NCBI GenBank assembly: GCA_951406725.2
Contig: OX597837.1
Coordinates: 26,040,001-26,104,000, forward strand
Direction of reading: 5' to 3'
DNA length: 64,000 nt
Source of the DNA: Octopus vulgaris
Taxonomy: Eukaryota
The notes under the pieces are model-generated. The model was not told the DNA's origin, searched no databases, and saw only the letters and a program-made list of their open reading frames with translations. The translations under genes were made by a program, and so were the position numbers. Numbering within the stretch: the stretch's first letter is position 1; every line of letters starts with the position of its first letter. Shown piece by piece: positions 24,912 to 37,693 of this stretch.

Positions 24912-25687
24912 TATTGTCTCTTGCAGCATCTTTTCTATTTAAATAAGTAAAATAGGCTTCTGCACTTTATTATTGGTCAACTTACGCCACAGGGTCTCGG
25001 AGGAGTGTTAGTTGAAGGCTACCAAACCTGCCACACACACACAGACAACTTCAGCTTTATACATATATATATATAGATGTGAGACTCATGCCATTCTACA
25101 TGGCAGGAATTGTTGCGTGATTAACAGGTTTGTTTTGCAACCAAATGGTTTCAAGTTCAATCCCACTGCACAGCATTTTGGGCAAATGTCTTCCACTGTA
25201 ATCCTGGACCAATCAAAGCTTTGCATGTGAATATGGTAGACACAAACTGTTCTGAGTTCAAATTCTGCCAAGGTCGACTTTGCCTTTCATCATTTTGGGG
25301 TCGCTAGATTAAGTACCAGTTGAGTAATCGACTATCCCCTTCACCCAAATTTCAGGCCTTGTTCTTATAGTAAAAAAGGATTATTAATATTACTAGCACT
25401 ATGACCTGGCAATGGGTATCAAGTTTCAGGCATTTTGATTGGATAGAAAATCCACAAAATAGTCACTTCTATTGATTTTTTTAATGGCTCTGCGGGGTGA
25501 CTGAGGAAATGTAAAGATGAGCACGACCACCCTTGGACGGTTTTGAATGACCATAGAATGTGCGAGCCCTCTAACTGAAAAATTATGGATTTGTATAGGA
25601 CACACACACACACACACAGACATTTTGCCGTTTATATATACAGAGATTAATAAATACTATTATTCAGTCATAGTATACTTGTCTTAC

Positions 25688-25919
25688 CTTTTACTAGTTT
25701 CAGTCACTAAACTGTGACCAGGCTGGGGCATCACCTTGAAGAATTTGTAGTTGAATCAATCAACCTCAGTACATTTTTTTTTTAAAGCCTGGTACTTATT
25801 CTACTGGTTTCTTTTGCCAAACAGCTACATTACAGGGACATAAACACACCAACACTGGTTGTCAAGTGGTGGTGCTGGTGTTGTTAGTAGCGGGGACAAA
25901 CACTGACACTGACACACAC

Positions 25920-25991
<72 letters not shown>

Positions 25992-26150
25992 TGAGATACA
26001 ATGGGCTTCTTTCAGTTTATGTCTGCCAAATCCATTCACAAGGCTTTGGTTGCCCTGAATGTATAGTAGGAGACACTTGCCCAAGGTGCCATGCTGCGGG
26101 ACTGAACTTGGAACCAGGTGGTTGGAAAGCAAGCTTCTTACCACACAGCC
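25688..26150 (-). mobile_element. SINE family A, diverged
   Basis: Reverse-complement consensus with internal (TA)(GA) repeats. Confidence 0.8.
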
Positions 26151-26197
26151 ATGCATGCATTTATCATTATTATTATCATTATTATTATTATTATTAT

Positions 26198-26503
26198 AAG
26201 CACCATCCGATCATGGCCATTGCCAGCCTCGCCTGGCCTGGCCTCCGTGCCGGTGGCACGTAAAAAGCACCATCCGATCATGGCCGTTTGCCAGCCTCAT
26301 CTGGCACCTGTGTCGGTGGCATGTAAAAAGCACCCACTACACTCATGGAGTGGTTGGTGTTAGGAAGGGCATCAAGCTGTAGAAACATTGCCAGATCAGA
26401 CTGGGCCTGGTGCAGCCTTCTGGCCTCCCAGACCCCAGTTGAACCGTCCAACCCGTGCTAGCACGGAAAACGGACACTAAACGATGATGATGATGATGAT
26501 GAT
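26198..26503 (+). mobile_element. RTE 3'UTR fragment
   Basis: Modules plus (GAT)n tail. Confidence 0.85.
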
Positions 26504-26738
26504 TATCATTATTATTATTATTATTATTATTATTTGTTTTTTTCTTTTGACCCTCAATGTACATAATTGCAAGTTAGTTAATTAAAAATAAGTGTTGTGC
26601 TGCGAGCAAAGGTGCCGAAGATTTCGAGAAATAAAGAGCCTAGAAATACACAGATACATATATATACATATACATATATATACATATATACATATATATA
26701 CATATACACATATATATACATATACATATATATACATA

Positions 26739-26802
<64 letters not shown>

Positions 26803-26942
26803 CACGTTTTACTTGCAGTGTGTGATGTAAGTCTTTCTCTCAGTTGGAATGGCATCATAATAGATGTCTTATCTAAAGTGACGATATATTTAATGTCGAG
26901 AATGAGCCTGAAAGATAACACCTGAAGCTTTTGCAAACTTAC

Positions 26943-27404
26943 TCTAACAGAAAACTAGATTAAGTTGAAAAGATCTCTTGCTGCTGCTCTGCTGCTGTTG
27001 CCGCCGCTGCTGCTGACACTGCCGACGCCACACAGCCCTGCTGCCGTCTATCTGTATATCAGATTCTTCTTTCCCCTGATGCTGGCTGTGGTTAAAGAGC
27101 TAGCAGGGGAACGAAGAGCAGTAGATGATTAAAATCATTATTAGTTCTGACGATGTAGCAAATCTTCTGGAACTATCTAAGGACATGGCTATATAAACAG
27201 GAGATAGACTATCTACATTAAAACAGCTTTATCACACAGGCAGACAGCCAAGTAGAAGCCCAGGAACAACCATAAACCTGATCGTGTTAAAGAGGTAATC
27301 AGCTGGTCTGTAGCTAGATGACTTACACCTGACTTTCTCACCACCTTCATCTAAAGTCTGTTAATTATGGCTTGTAAATAACTTTACACTTTCATTTTAT
27401 TTAT
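26943..27404 (-). ncRNA. Candidate non-coding or UTR exon
   Basis: Acceptor TTATTTGTTTTCTCAG| at 27405 and donor AGA|GTAAGT at 26942 bound a repeat-free, GC-richer segment with no ORF. Confidence 0.25.
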
Positions 27405-27609
27405 CTGAGAAAACAAATAATGTGTCTTTCTATTCAGAAAGAATATTGTTTATCCGATTCCACGTTAAAGATTTTTCGAAAAATCAATGGCTATTAATAC
27501 TGACATAATCTGCATTACATGACAGTGTAACATTCGAAGTATTTGTCTGTAGTTTTCCATTTTATTGGAATTTCCAAATGAAATATTTGCTAAGAAAATA
27601 TAGAAGCGT

Positions 27610-27784
27610 AATAGGCTTAAGAGTGGCTGTGTGGTAAGTAGCTTGCTTACGAATCACATGGTTCCGGGTTCAGTCCCACTGCATGGCACCTTGAGCAAGT
27701 GTCTTCTACTATAGCCTCGAGCCGACCAAAGCCTTGAGAGTGGATTTGGTAGATGGAAACTGAAAGAAGCTTGTCGTATATATG

Positions 27785-27827
<43 letters not shown>

Positions 27828-28051
27828 ATAAGTCTGTGTTTGTCCCCCACCACCCCCAACATTGCTTGACACCGATGCTGGTGTGTTTACGTCCCCGTCA
27901 CTTAGCAGTTCGGCAAAAGAGGCCGATAGAATAAGTACTAGGCCTACAAAGAATAAGTCCTGGGGTTGATTTGCTTGACGAAAGGCGGTGCTCCAGCATG
28001 GCCACGGTCAAATGACTGAAACAAGTAAAAGACTAAAAGTGTAAAAGAGTA
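27610..28051 (+). mobile_element. SINE family A
   Basis: Consensus. Confidence 0.88.
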
Positions 28052-28521
28052 AGCAATATGGGTCTCAAATTTTGGCACAAGGCCAGCAATTTTTTCTTTG
28101 TTGGGGGTGGCGTAAGCCAATCACACTGACCCCAGTGTTCAACAACCATTTATATTATCAACCCTGAAGGGATGAAAGGAAAAGTCGGCCTTGGCGGAAT
28201 TTGAACTCAGAATGTGAAGATGGATGAAATGCCACTAAGCATTTTGTCCGGCACTATTAAAGAATGGTTGAATATTTTTATCCTCTATCTTTTATTTGTT
28301 TCAGTCATTAGACTGCGGCCATGCTGGGGCACCACGTTGAAGGATTTTTTAAATCAAATGTATTGACCCCAGTACTTTTTTTTTATTAATGCCTGGTACT
28401 TATTCTATCGATTTCATTTGCTGAACTGCTAAGTTACAGGAATGTAAACACGCCAACACCAGTTGTCTGGCAGTGGTGGCGGACAAACACAGAAACAAAG
28501 ACAGACAGATACATGCATACA

Positions 28522-28753
28522 AAGGCGGTGAGCTGGCAGAAGCGTTAGCATGCCGGGCGAAATGCGTAGCCGTATTTTGTCTGCCATTACGTTCGGAGTT
28601 CAAATTCCGCCGAGGTCAACTTTGCCTTTCATCCTTTCGGGGTCGATTAAATAAGTACCAATTACGCACTGGGGTCGATGTAATCGACTTAATCCATTTG
28701 TCTATCCTTGTTTGTCCCCTCTGTGTTTAGCCCCTTGTGGGTAGTAAAGAAAT
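28522..28753 (+). mobile_element. SINE family B monomer nested in a minus-strand family A copy (28290-28925)
   Basis: 15-bp TSD AGATACATGCATACA at 28507 and 28754. Confidence 0.88.
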
Positions 28754-29156
28754 AGATACATGCATACACAAACACACACACAATAGGCTTCTTTCAGTTT
28801 CCATCTACTAAATTCACTCACAAGGCTTTGGTCTGCCTGAAGCCATATAGAAGACACTTGGTCAAGGTGCCTTACAGTGGGATTGAACCAGGAACCATGT
28901 GGTAGAAAAGCAAGCTTCTTACCACACAGCATTGGCTGTACCTATTTGTAGAACTTGGTGTTTCTTTTATCTGTTAACACCTACTTTTGCTGTTTCTAAA
29001 TTATTTACAGAAGAACTAAAACAATTGTTTATGTTTGTTCTACCTCCATTTCAAAGTACTCCCCACCTTCTCGACATACAGCTAATGAAGATGACGAGAG
29101 GCAGTGCTAAGGTTAAAAGACATTGAACAGTTGTTGCTGAAAATGTCTGCAGAAAC

Positions 29157-29361
29157 TACTCTTTTACTTGTTTCAGTCATTTGACTGCGGCCATGCTGGA
29201 GCACCGCCTTTAATCGAGCAACTCGACCCCGGGACTTATTCTTTTGTAAGCCCAGTACTAATTCTGTCGGTCTCTTTTGCCGAACTGCTAAGTAATGGGG
29301 GACATAAACACACCAGCATCAGTTGTCAAGCAATGCTAGGGGGACAAACACAGACACACAA

Positions 29362-29406
<45 letters not shown>

Positions 29407-29572
29407 TACGATGGCCTTCTTTCAGTTTCCGTCTACTAAATCCACTCACAAGGCTTTGGTCGGTCCGAGGCTATAGTAGAAGACACTTGACCAAGGTGCC
29501 ACGCAGTGGGACTCAACCCGGAACCATGTGGTTGGTAAACAAGCTACTTACCACACAGCCACTCCTGCGCCT
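29157..29572 (-). mobile_element. SINE family A
   Basis: Consensus; head plus flank partly duplicated at about 29738-29866. Confidence 0.88.
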
Positions 29573-30232
29573 ATTTACTGTTTACTTTTGAAGTGAAATT
29601 GGTTCACAAACTGAAGGAATCTTGTGTTTCAAATACGATTATTGTCATGACAGGCTTCTTTCAGTTTCCATCTACCAAATCCACTCACAAGGCTTTGGTC
29701 GGCCTGAGGCTATAGTAGAAGACACTTGCCCAAGGTGCCATGTGGTTGGTAAACAAGCTACTTACCACACAGCCACTCCTGCGCCTATTTACTGTTTACT
29801 TTTGAAGTGAAATTGGTTCTCAAACGGAAGGAATCTTGTGTTTCAAGTACGATTATTGTCATGACAGCACTCTACTAAGACCTTACTTGTGGTTGGCAGT
29901 CACATTCTTTAACAAGGAATCCTAGCAGATACTTTGTCTTAGGAAAAATTCCTTTTAGGAACAGCAAAACATTTTGGGTATTTGACAGAGAGTAGTGAAT
30001 ATTTAAAGAGGATTAGAAGCTATTACTGCTGACAATAAAAGAGACAGAAAATCTATATAAATTGCAATAAATCACGGGTAATGTGTGCGTGGGAGATAAT
30101 CAATGAGAACTGAAGAGCTTAGTGTTGTTGAAGAAGAAGAATAATTAATATGAATCGTTAAGATCGAGTTTCTATGGTGTTTACCAGCTGATCAGTCTTG
30201 TGGAAATTTTCCTTTGATTTCTTTGTCTTACG

Positions 30233-30656
30233 CTTTTACTCTTTTACTCTTTTACTTGTTTCAGTCATTTGACTGCGGTCATGCTGGAGCGCCGCCTTTA
30301 GTCGATCAAACCGACCCCAGGACCTTATTCTTTGTAAGCCTAGTACTTATTTTATCGGTCTCTTTTTTTTTTTTGCCGAACCGCTAAGTGACGGGGATGT
30401 AAACACACCAGCATCAGTGGTCAAGCGATATTGGGGGGACAAACATACACACACACACAAACATACACACACACACACATATATATATATATACACGACA
30501 GGCTTCTTTCAGTTTCTGTCTACCAAATCCACTCACAAGGCATTGGTTGGCCTGAGGCTATAGCAGAAGACACTTACCCAAGGTGCCACGCAGTGGGACT
30601 GAACCCGGAACCATGTTGTTGGTAAGCAAGCTACTTACCATACAGCCACTCCTGCG

Positions 30657-30660
<4 letters not shown>
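30233..30660 (-). mobile_element. SINE family A
   Basis: Consensus. Confidence 0.88.
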
Positions 30661-30735
<75 letters not shown>

Positions 30736-30899
30736 CCACTCCTGCGTCTTGTTCACAAATTTATTAGAATACATCATGTTTTGACTCAGTTTCCTCTCGT
30801 CAAACCATCACGGAAGCAAAAGAAGATTTTGAATTGTCTTGACTGCCCAGAGGATAATGGAGTATTTTGAAATGGTTGAAACTGCACATGGTCAGTTGC

Positions 30900-31596
30900 T
30901 TAACCCTTTAGCGTACAGGCTTCTCTGTCAAATGTGATGCATTTTTTTTTGTTCACATTGTTTTCAATTATACCACTAAAGGGTTGAATCGTTTTTACAT
31001 GCCACATGGTATATTTGGCTGAGATAGAAATTGTTGATTCAGTCGTCAATAGTAAAAGGGCAGAAGGAGGTTATTCGTAACCCTTTAGCATTTGGATTTC
31101 TATGTCAAATGTAATGGTTATTTATTAACACTGATTTGAATTAGTCAAACATTACCTTGTAGCTTTGAGATTTTGATGATGTGATTGTTTATTTTTAGAA
31201 TGACATTGTAGGGTAGGTGTAACAAGTCAGATCTGGCCAGTTTGAAGATAAAATATGTAGATTATTATGGCCAGATATGCTTGGCTTAAATGCTAAAGGG
31301 TTGAATCACTTTTACATGCTGCATGGTATATTTGGCTGAGATAGAAATTGTTGATTCAGTCGTCAATAGTAAAAGGGCAGAAGGAGGTTATTCTTAACCC
31401 TTTAGCATTTGGATTTCTATGCCAAACATATACACACACATACATTTATTAACACTGATTTGAATTGTAGCTTTGAGATTTCAATGACATAATTGTTTAT
31501 TCTTAGAATAATATTACAGAAAAAGTGTGAGAGGCTGTATCTGGCCAGTTTGAAGATAAAACAGGTAGGTATTTTGGTTTAAATGCTAGTGGGTTA
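30900..31596. mobile_element. Cluster of three piggyBac-type MITEs, partly tandem-duplicated
   Basis: (T)TAACCCTTTAGC...CTAAAGGGTT termini at about 30900-30985, 31078-31303 and 31394-31596. Confidence 0.7.
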
Positions 31597-31731
31597 AATC
31601 ATGAAATTGCAAGATTTAAACCACAAAACCACAGCATTGACAAGATTCAAGCCACAACATCACCGATTCTTAAGTTGCCATCAGTAACTATTGATTCCAG
31701 CCTAACAACTCAGCATGTTTGGAAGTTTCTT

Positions 31732-32117
31732 ATAGGCGCAGGAGTGGCTGTGTGGTAAGTAGCTTGCTAACCAACCACATGGTTCCGGGTTCAGTCCCAC
31801 TGCGTGGCATCTTGGGCAAGTGTCTTCTGCTATAGCCCTGGGCCGACCAATGCCTTGTGAGTGGATTTGGTAGACGGAAACTGAAAGAAGCCTGTCGTAT
31901 ATATGTATATATATGTATATATATGTGTGTGTCTGTGTTTGTCTGTATATGGTGGTGTGTTTACGTCCCCGTCACTTAGCGGTTCGGCAAAAGAGACCGA
32001 TAGAATAAGTACTGGGCTTACAAAGAATAAGTCCCGGGGTCGATTTGCTCGACTAAAGGCGGTGCCCCAGCATGGCCGCAGTCAAATGACTGAAACAAGT
32101 AAAAGAGTAAAAGAGTA
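31732..32117 (+). mobile_element. SINE family A
   Basis: Consensus. Confidence 0.88.
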
Positions 32118-32199
32118 TACAAATAAAAGATAACACTTCACAAGGGAATGGTACAGATAACTGAAAAATGACCCAAGTATAATTCTGGTTTATATTTTA

Positions 32200-32730
32200 T
32201 AAAGTTCAGGGAATGTGGAGCGTTATTGTATGGGAAAATGTTCTCCTTGAAGATGAAAGGAGGGGTTTATCGGAGTTGTGTGAGATCTGCAATGTTGTAT
32301 GGGAGTGAAACATGGGGTCTGAGGGAAAGCAAAATGGCAATTTTGAGAAGGATCGAGAGGGCAAAGGTGATAGCAATGTGTGGTGTGAAACTATTGGATA
32401 AGAAGAAAGGCTGAGGACTTGATGGGGATGCTGTGGTTGGAGGAATTGGTGGAAGAGCCAGTAAGGGTGAATGGAGTGTGGTGGTATGGACATGTGTTGA
32501 GGAGGGACGAGGATCATATTCTGAGGAGAGTGCTTGAGTTTAAAGGGAATGAACTGTGAAAGCGAGGTTGATCAAAGAAAAAGTGGCGAGGACAAGTGGT
32601 GGAGGATATTGGGAGGGTTGGCTTGAGGAGGGAGGACATCCAAAACCATGCGAGATGGAGTGAGAGTGTTTGCTGTAAGAGTGAGGTAGATCTAGCCACC
32701 CCTGTTAACGGGGACAAACCCAGATTTGAA
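32200..32730 (+). mobile_element. RTE-clade LINE 3' fragment, second family
   Basis: KFRECG, VYRSCVRSAMLYGSETW, WYGHVLRR and KKKWRGQV motifs with stops. Confidence 0.85.
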
Positions 32731-32854
32731 ATATTGGAATTCATCATTATCCAAAATAAACACCAGTGGATTGAAAAGCAAAATTGGCTCAGGTGGAATT
32801 TGAACTTACCATATTGAAGGATGGTACGAGAAAACTGCAAAGTATTTATATTTA

Positions 32855-33270
32855 TTCTTTTACTAGCTTCAGTCATTGGACTATGGCCATGCTGGAGCAC
32901 TACCTTGAAGGGTTTTAGTCAAAGAAATCGACCCCAGGACTTATTCCTTGTAAGCCTAGTACTTATTCTATCAGTTTCTTCTACTGAACTGCTAATTTAT
33001 GAGGATGTAAACACACCAACATCAGCTGTCAAGTGAGGGAGGGGGTACAAAAATGGACATTAAGACACACACACACACACGCATAAATACACACACACAC
33101 ATATGATGGGCTTCTTTCAGTTTCCATCTACAATATCCATTCACAAGGCTTTGGTCAACCCAAGGCAATAGTAGAAGACAGTTGCCCAAGGTGCCATATA
33201 ATGGGACTGAACCTGGAACCATGTGGTTGGGAAGCAAGCTTCTTATCCCACAGCCACGTCTGTGCCCATA
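32855..33270 (-). mobile_element. SINE family A, diverged
   Basis: Reverse-complement consensus. Confidence 0.8.
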
Positions 33271-34651
33271 TCAACATTTTAAAATAAGAACTTACCCACC
33301 TTTTTTTTTTTAAAGGTTCTTTAATTGTCAAACATGTAATTGTAGTAATGAGTGATGCAATAAGAATGATGGCTAATGCCAAGCGGAATGGAAAGAAAAA
33401 GAGGTTTAATATAAAACATTAGAAATAAATCCTAACCTACAGATATTATTTATCTTCCTTTAATGTTCGTAAACATCTCAACACATTGCAAATTTTTTCC
33501 AAACTTTTCCGTCTGGCATTACACCATCCCAAAGATGGATACTTTTACACCACTTAAGAAGCGAAAAACATCCAACAGAACAACAAAGTAGAAATATATA
33601 TTGCAAAAAAAAAAAAAAAAAGAAAGTCCAAAATAGTTAATTACTCAAGTAGCAGTAAATGGTAATTAAAGTCACAACGCAACACAGCTGGGGAAAGAGA
33701 AAGGAATTTTAAAATGGTTAATGGTTGGAACGCTGCAAAACCACGACAACATCTTGAGAAAATGTGAAAGTGAAACGTGTTTTGAATTGCTCCAGCTTGT
33801 AATAGGGTCTCTCATTCTCTCCTTGTTTAAGGTCCCATTACCCCACCGAGTCCCCCTTTCCCTAGATCACCCACTCCTACCCAGAGAAAAAAATAAATGA
33901 GATAAAAAAAGAAAAGAACATCCGAGTAAGCGAGAAACTATTTTAGTTGTTGAGTGTTTGAGAAGTAAGAGTTAATAGTTTGCAAAGGGCTGTCAGCTGG
34001 ATAATTAAGTGGCCCCCACCCCTCACTGCAGACTGGAATAATTGGGAATGGCAAAAGTTTACAGTTTTAATGGTGTCAATTAACAGGGCATTAAATAATT
34101 GAGAAATTTAATGACAGAGATGTTGAAATATTGATTTCACACATAGACACTCTCAACGCCACACATGTTTGATGGTGGTGAAGGGTTAATTAAACTGATC
34201 CCAGTTCTTTGTGAAGTAATTATTTCATTGACCTCTGACCCACTCCTAGAATTTTGAAAGGCAAAGTTGACGACCCTTGGAAAGATTTGAAGCAAGAATA
34301 TATAAAGAGGTGTAACTAAATAATGCAAAGCACAGAAAACACTTTATTTGCTCCACCGATTCTGACATCCATTGGTGTCTGCAATGTCGAAATATTTAAT
34401 TAGGAATCCCTCAATGTGTCTGTGATACCTTCTAAAAGACAAAAACGGTGGAACTTCACATCTGGCAAAAGACAGAAGCAAACATTTGCTTCCACGTCAA
34501 AGACTCCCACCTAGTCATTTAATCCAAGAAGAAACCTTAATTAAAAGAATGGTGAGAGAGAGAGAGAGAGAATTCTTAATTTCCAGTTATTTATAAATGA
34601 AAGGGAATTAAAGAAATTAGGTCAGAAGTAAAATCTCGTGAGTGGGTTTGT

Positions 34652-34892
34652 CATCATCATCATCACCATTTAATGTCTGTTGTCCATGGTGGCATGAGCT
34701 GGCAAGCCAGCGGTGGTGGTGGTGGTGGGGCTACACCAGACCTCAATTTCATTTGGCATGGTTTCTGTCTGCTGGATGCCGTTCCTAATGCCAACCACAT
34801 TACAGAGTGTGCTGGATGCTTTAATGCGGCACCCACATGGGAGCTTTTACGTGATGCTGCATGATTGCTTTCATGTTGCGTCGCACAGACAC
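34652..34892 (-). mobile_element. Diverged RTE 3'UTR fragment
   Basis: (CAT)n start and CTGGATGCCGTTCCTAATGCCAACCAC. Confidence 0.7.
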
Positions 34893-35193
34893 GTTTACGT
34901 GGTACCACATGGACACTTTTATGTGGTACCACATGTGCACTTTTATGTGGTACCAAATGGGCATTTTTATGTGGTACCACATGTGCACATTTAAGTGGTA
35001 CCACATGTGCACTTTTATGTGGTACCACATGGGTACTTTTACGTGGTACCACATGGGCACTTTTACGTGGTACCACATGGGAACTTTTACGTAGTACCAC
35101 ATGGGGACTTTTATATAGTACCACATGGTCACTTTTATGTGGTACCACATGGTCACTTTTATGAGGTACCACATGGGCACTTTTATGCGGCAC
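34893..35193. repeat. 24-bp minisatellite (12 units) with a palindromic core
   Basis: GGTACC or AGTACC every 24 bp from 34901 to 35165; core ATGTGGTACCACAT. Confidence 0.95.
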
Positions 35194-35707
35194 CGTCAAG
35201 GGTACATTACACAACCAGAAGGATTGGTCTTAACACTCTAGCTTTTACTTGTTTCAGTCATTGGACTGCGGCCATGCTGGGGCACTGCCTTGAAAGGCTT
35301 CCTACTCAAACAGATTAACCCCAGTACTTACTTTCTCAACCTCCTTTGCTGAAGTGCTAAGTTAAAAGATGTAAGCAAACCAACACTGACTGTCAAGCAG
35401 CATAAGAGACAAACACACATGTGTACTGAGCTTCCATGCAGTTTCCACCATCCAAATCCTCTCCCAAGGCATTGGTTGGTTTGGGACTATATAAGAAGAT
35501 AGCCAAGGTGCCATGCAGCAGGACCAAATCCATTGAACAACAACACTAATGAGATAATTAGCTGATTAACAATGATGATATTGACTAATGATCTAATGTC
35601 TGTTACTCTTTGACCAAATCAACTCACTGGGCTTTGGTTAGCATGAGGCTATTGTAGAAAACACTTGCCCAAGGTGCCATGCAGTGGGACTGAACCTGGA
35701 ACCATAT

Positions 35708-36140
35708 ATAGGTGCAGGCGTGGCTGAGAGGTAAGAAGCTTGCTTCCCAAACACATGGTACCAGGTTCAGTCCTATTGCATGGCACCTTGGGCAGGTGTC
35801 TTTTACTATAGCCTCAGGCCAACCAAAGCTCTGTGACTGGATTTGGTAAATGGAAACTGGAAGAAGCCTGTTGCGTGTGTGTGTATATATATATATGTAT
35901 ATATGTATGTATGTATGTATAATATCTGTGTCTTTGTGTCTGTATTTGTCACCCACCATCGCTTGACAACCAGTGTTGGCATGTTTACTTCCCAGTAACT
36001 TAGTGGTTCAGCAAAAACGGCCAGTAGAATAAGTGCCCAGCTATAAAAAATAAGTCCTGGGGTCGATTTATTCAACTAAAACCCTTCAAAGCAGTGCCCC
36101 AGCATGGCCACATTCTAATGACTGAAACAAGTAAAAGATA
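35708..36140 (+). mobile_element. SINE family A
   Basis: Consensus; head-to-head with a minus-strand fragment at 35625-35705. Confidence 0.8.
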
Positions 36141-36169
36141 GAAGATATGACAGACTTCCATACAATTTC

Positions 36170-36586
36170 TTATTTCTTTATTGCCCATAAGGAGCTACAC
36201 ACAGAAGGGACAAACAAGGACAGACAAATGGATTAAGTCGATTATATCAACCCCAGTGCATAACTGGTACTTATTTAATCGACCCTGAAAGGATGAAAGG
36301 CAAAGTTGACCTCGGCGGAATTTGAACTTAGAATGTAGCGGCAGAGGCAATACTTATTTCTTTACTACCTACAAGGGGTTAAACACAGAGAGGACAAACA
36401 AGGACAGACAAACGGACTAAGTCGATTATATCAACCCCAGTGCATAACTGGTACTTATTTAATTGACCCCGAAAGGATGAAAGGCAAAGTCAACCTTGGC
36501 GGAATTTGAACTCAGAACGTAGCGGCAGAGGCAATACTGCTAAGCATTTTGCTTGGTGTGCTAACGTTTCTGGCAGCTTGTCGCCC
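36170..36586 (-). mobile_element. SINE family B, dimeric
   Basis: TSD-like CTTCCATACAATTTCT on both sides. Confidence 0.85.
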
Positions 36587-36719
36587 TTCCATACAATTTC
36601 TGCCAACAAACTCTAATTGCTGAGGTTACAGTGAAGACACTTACCTTAGTGAAATTGAGCTCAAAATTACATGATTATGAAGGAAACATCATATTATTAA
36701 CTCACTTGTTTATTCCCTC

Positions 36720-37325
36720 TTTAGCCCTGTATTTTACCAACTCTGCCAAACAATTGCCATGAAGAGGGCAATTTTGAGGAATTCTCCAGTTGCATGATCG
36801 GTCTTGTTTAAATGCTCACTTATCTGTTTCATTAATCTGTACAATATTATAAGCCCTGATATAACAACCAGAATTCTTTCTACCTGAATAACTAGCATTA
36901 ACAAAGCTCCTATTAATAATTTCCTACATTTATGTCCCAAAGGAAATTGGTAATCTATTACATTAAGGAATTCCTTAGCTATATTAGTTTGAAAGAATGC
37001 TAGATTAAAGACAGGATTCGACAATAAAATATTCTTTTTCTTACTATTTCTTCTGGACATTTTGCTTTTGGTGTTCTTAAAGGTATCTAATCTTATTGGA
37101 GAATAATCTATAATTTCTGAACACTTCATTATAATACCCAGCTATCTCCATCAAAGCATCTTCATCAAAAGATCTTGAGGATACCTGTTAACTAACATTC
37201 TTGACTCAAGTTGATGTGTCAGTAATTTGATAGTCAATGGACGGACACTAATTTCACATTCCAATTTTGGTTTGAAACTCGTATCATCCAATCTCAAGGA
37301 TGTGTCTAGAAAATTAACGATATGG
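36720..37325 (-). mobile_element. Penelope-like element RT-linker relic
   Basis: VNFLDTSL; KNILLSNPVF...TNIAKEFLNVIDYQFPLGHK; CNWRIPQNCPLHGNCL, matching the Penelope linker pattern. Confidence 0.75.
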
Positions 37326-37337
37326 TTGGCATCTACA

Positions 37338-37510
37338 GCAGTGGTTCATAAAATGGGCAGTACTGCTCCACTGGTGGTGATGGAAAGATCCAGGGGGCAT
37401 TGAAGAAAAGTGGAGTGATAATGGGGTGGCAAAAAGGGGGCAATGGGTGTGAAGCAAACAAAATAATGGGTTGATTTGGTTAAGTTTTATTTGTGAAATA
37501 AATTTTTTAT
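37338..37510 (+). mobile_element. Possible hAT-type MITE end
   Basis: CAGTGGTTCATAAAATGGGCAGTACTGCTCC resembles Charlie-like termini; partner end not seen. Confidence 0.35.
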
Positions 37511-37659
37511 AAATATTATATATATATAATTAAAAAAAAACACAAGAAAAAATACAAGGATATGGTACATACAAATTATTAATAAGATGTTCAGGGAAGG
37601 AAAGTCCAAGAGAGAAGGAAGACAGGAAAAAAATTACCAACACTCCACATGTAGTTACA

Positions 37660-37693
<34 letters not shown>

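Noticed and set aside
26970-27131. Signal-peptide-like frame SLAAALLLLPPLLLTLP...
   Set aside because: No ATG, an in-frame stop just upstream, and derived from (GCT)n low complexity
34663-35214. His-rich 183-aa ORF resembling a cephalopod structural protein
   Set aside because: Lies wholly in a minisatellite within an RTE 3'UTR; no signal peptide; several frames on both strands are equally open
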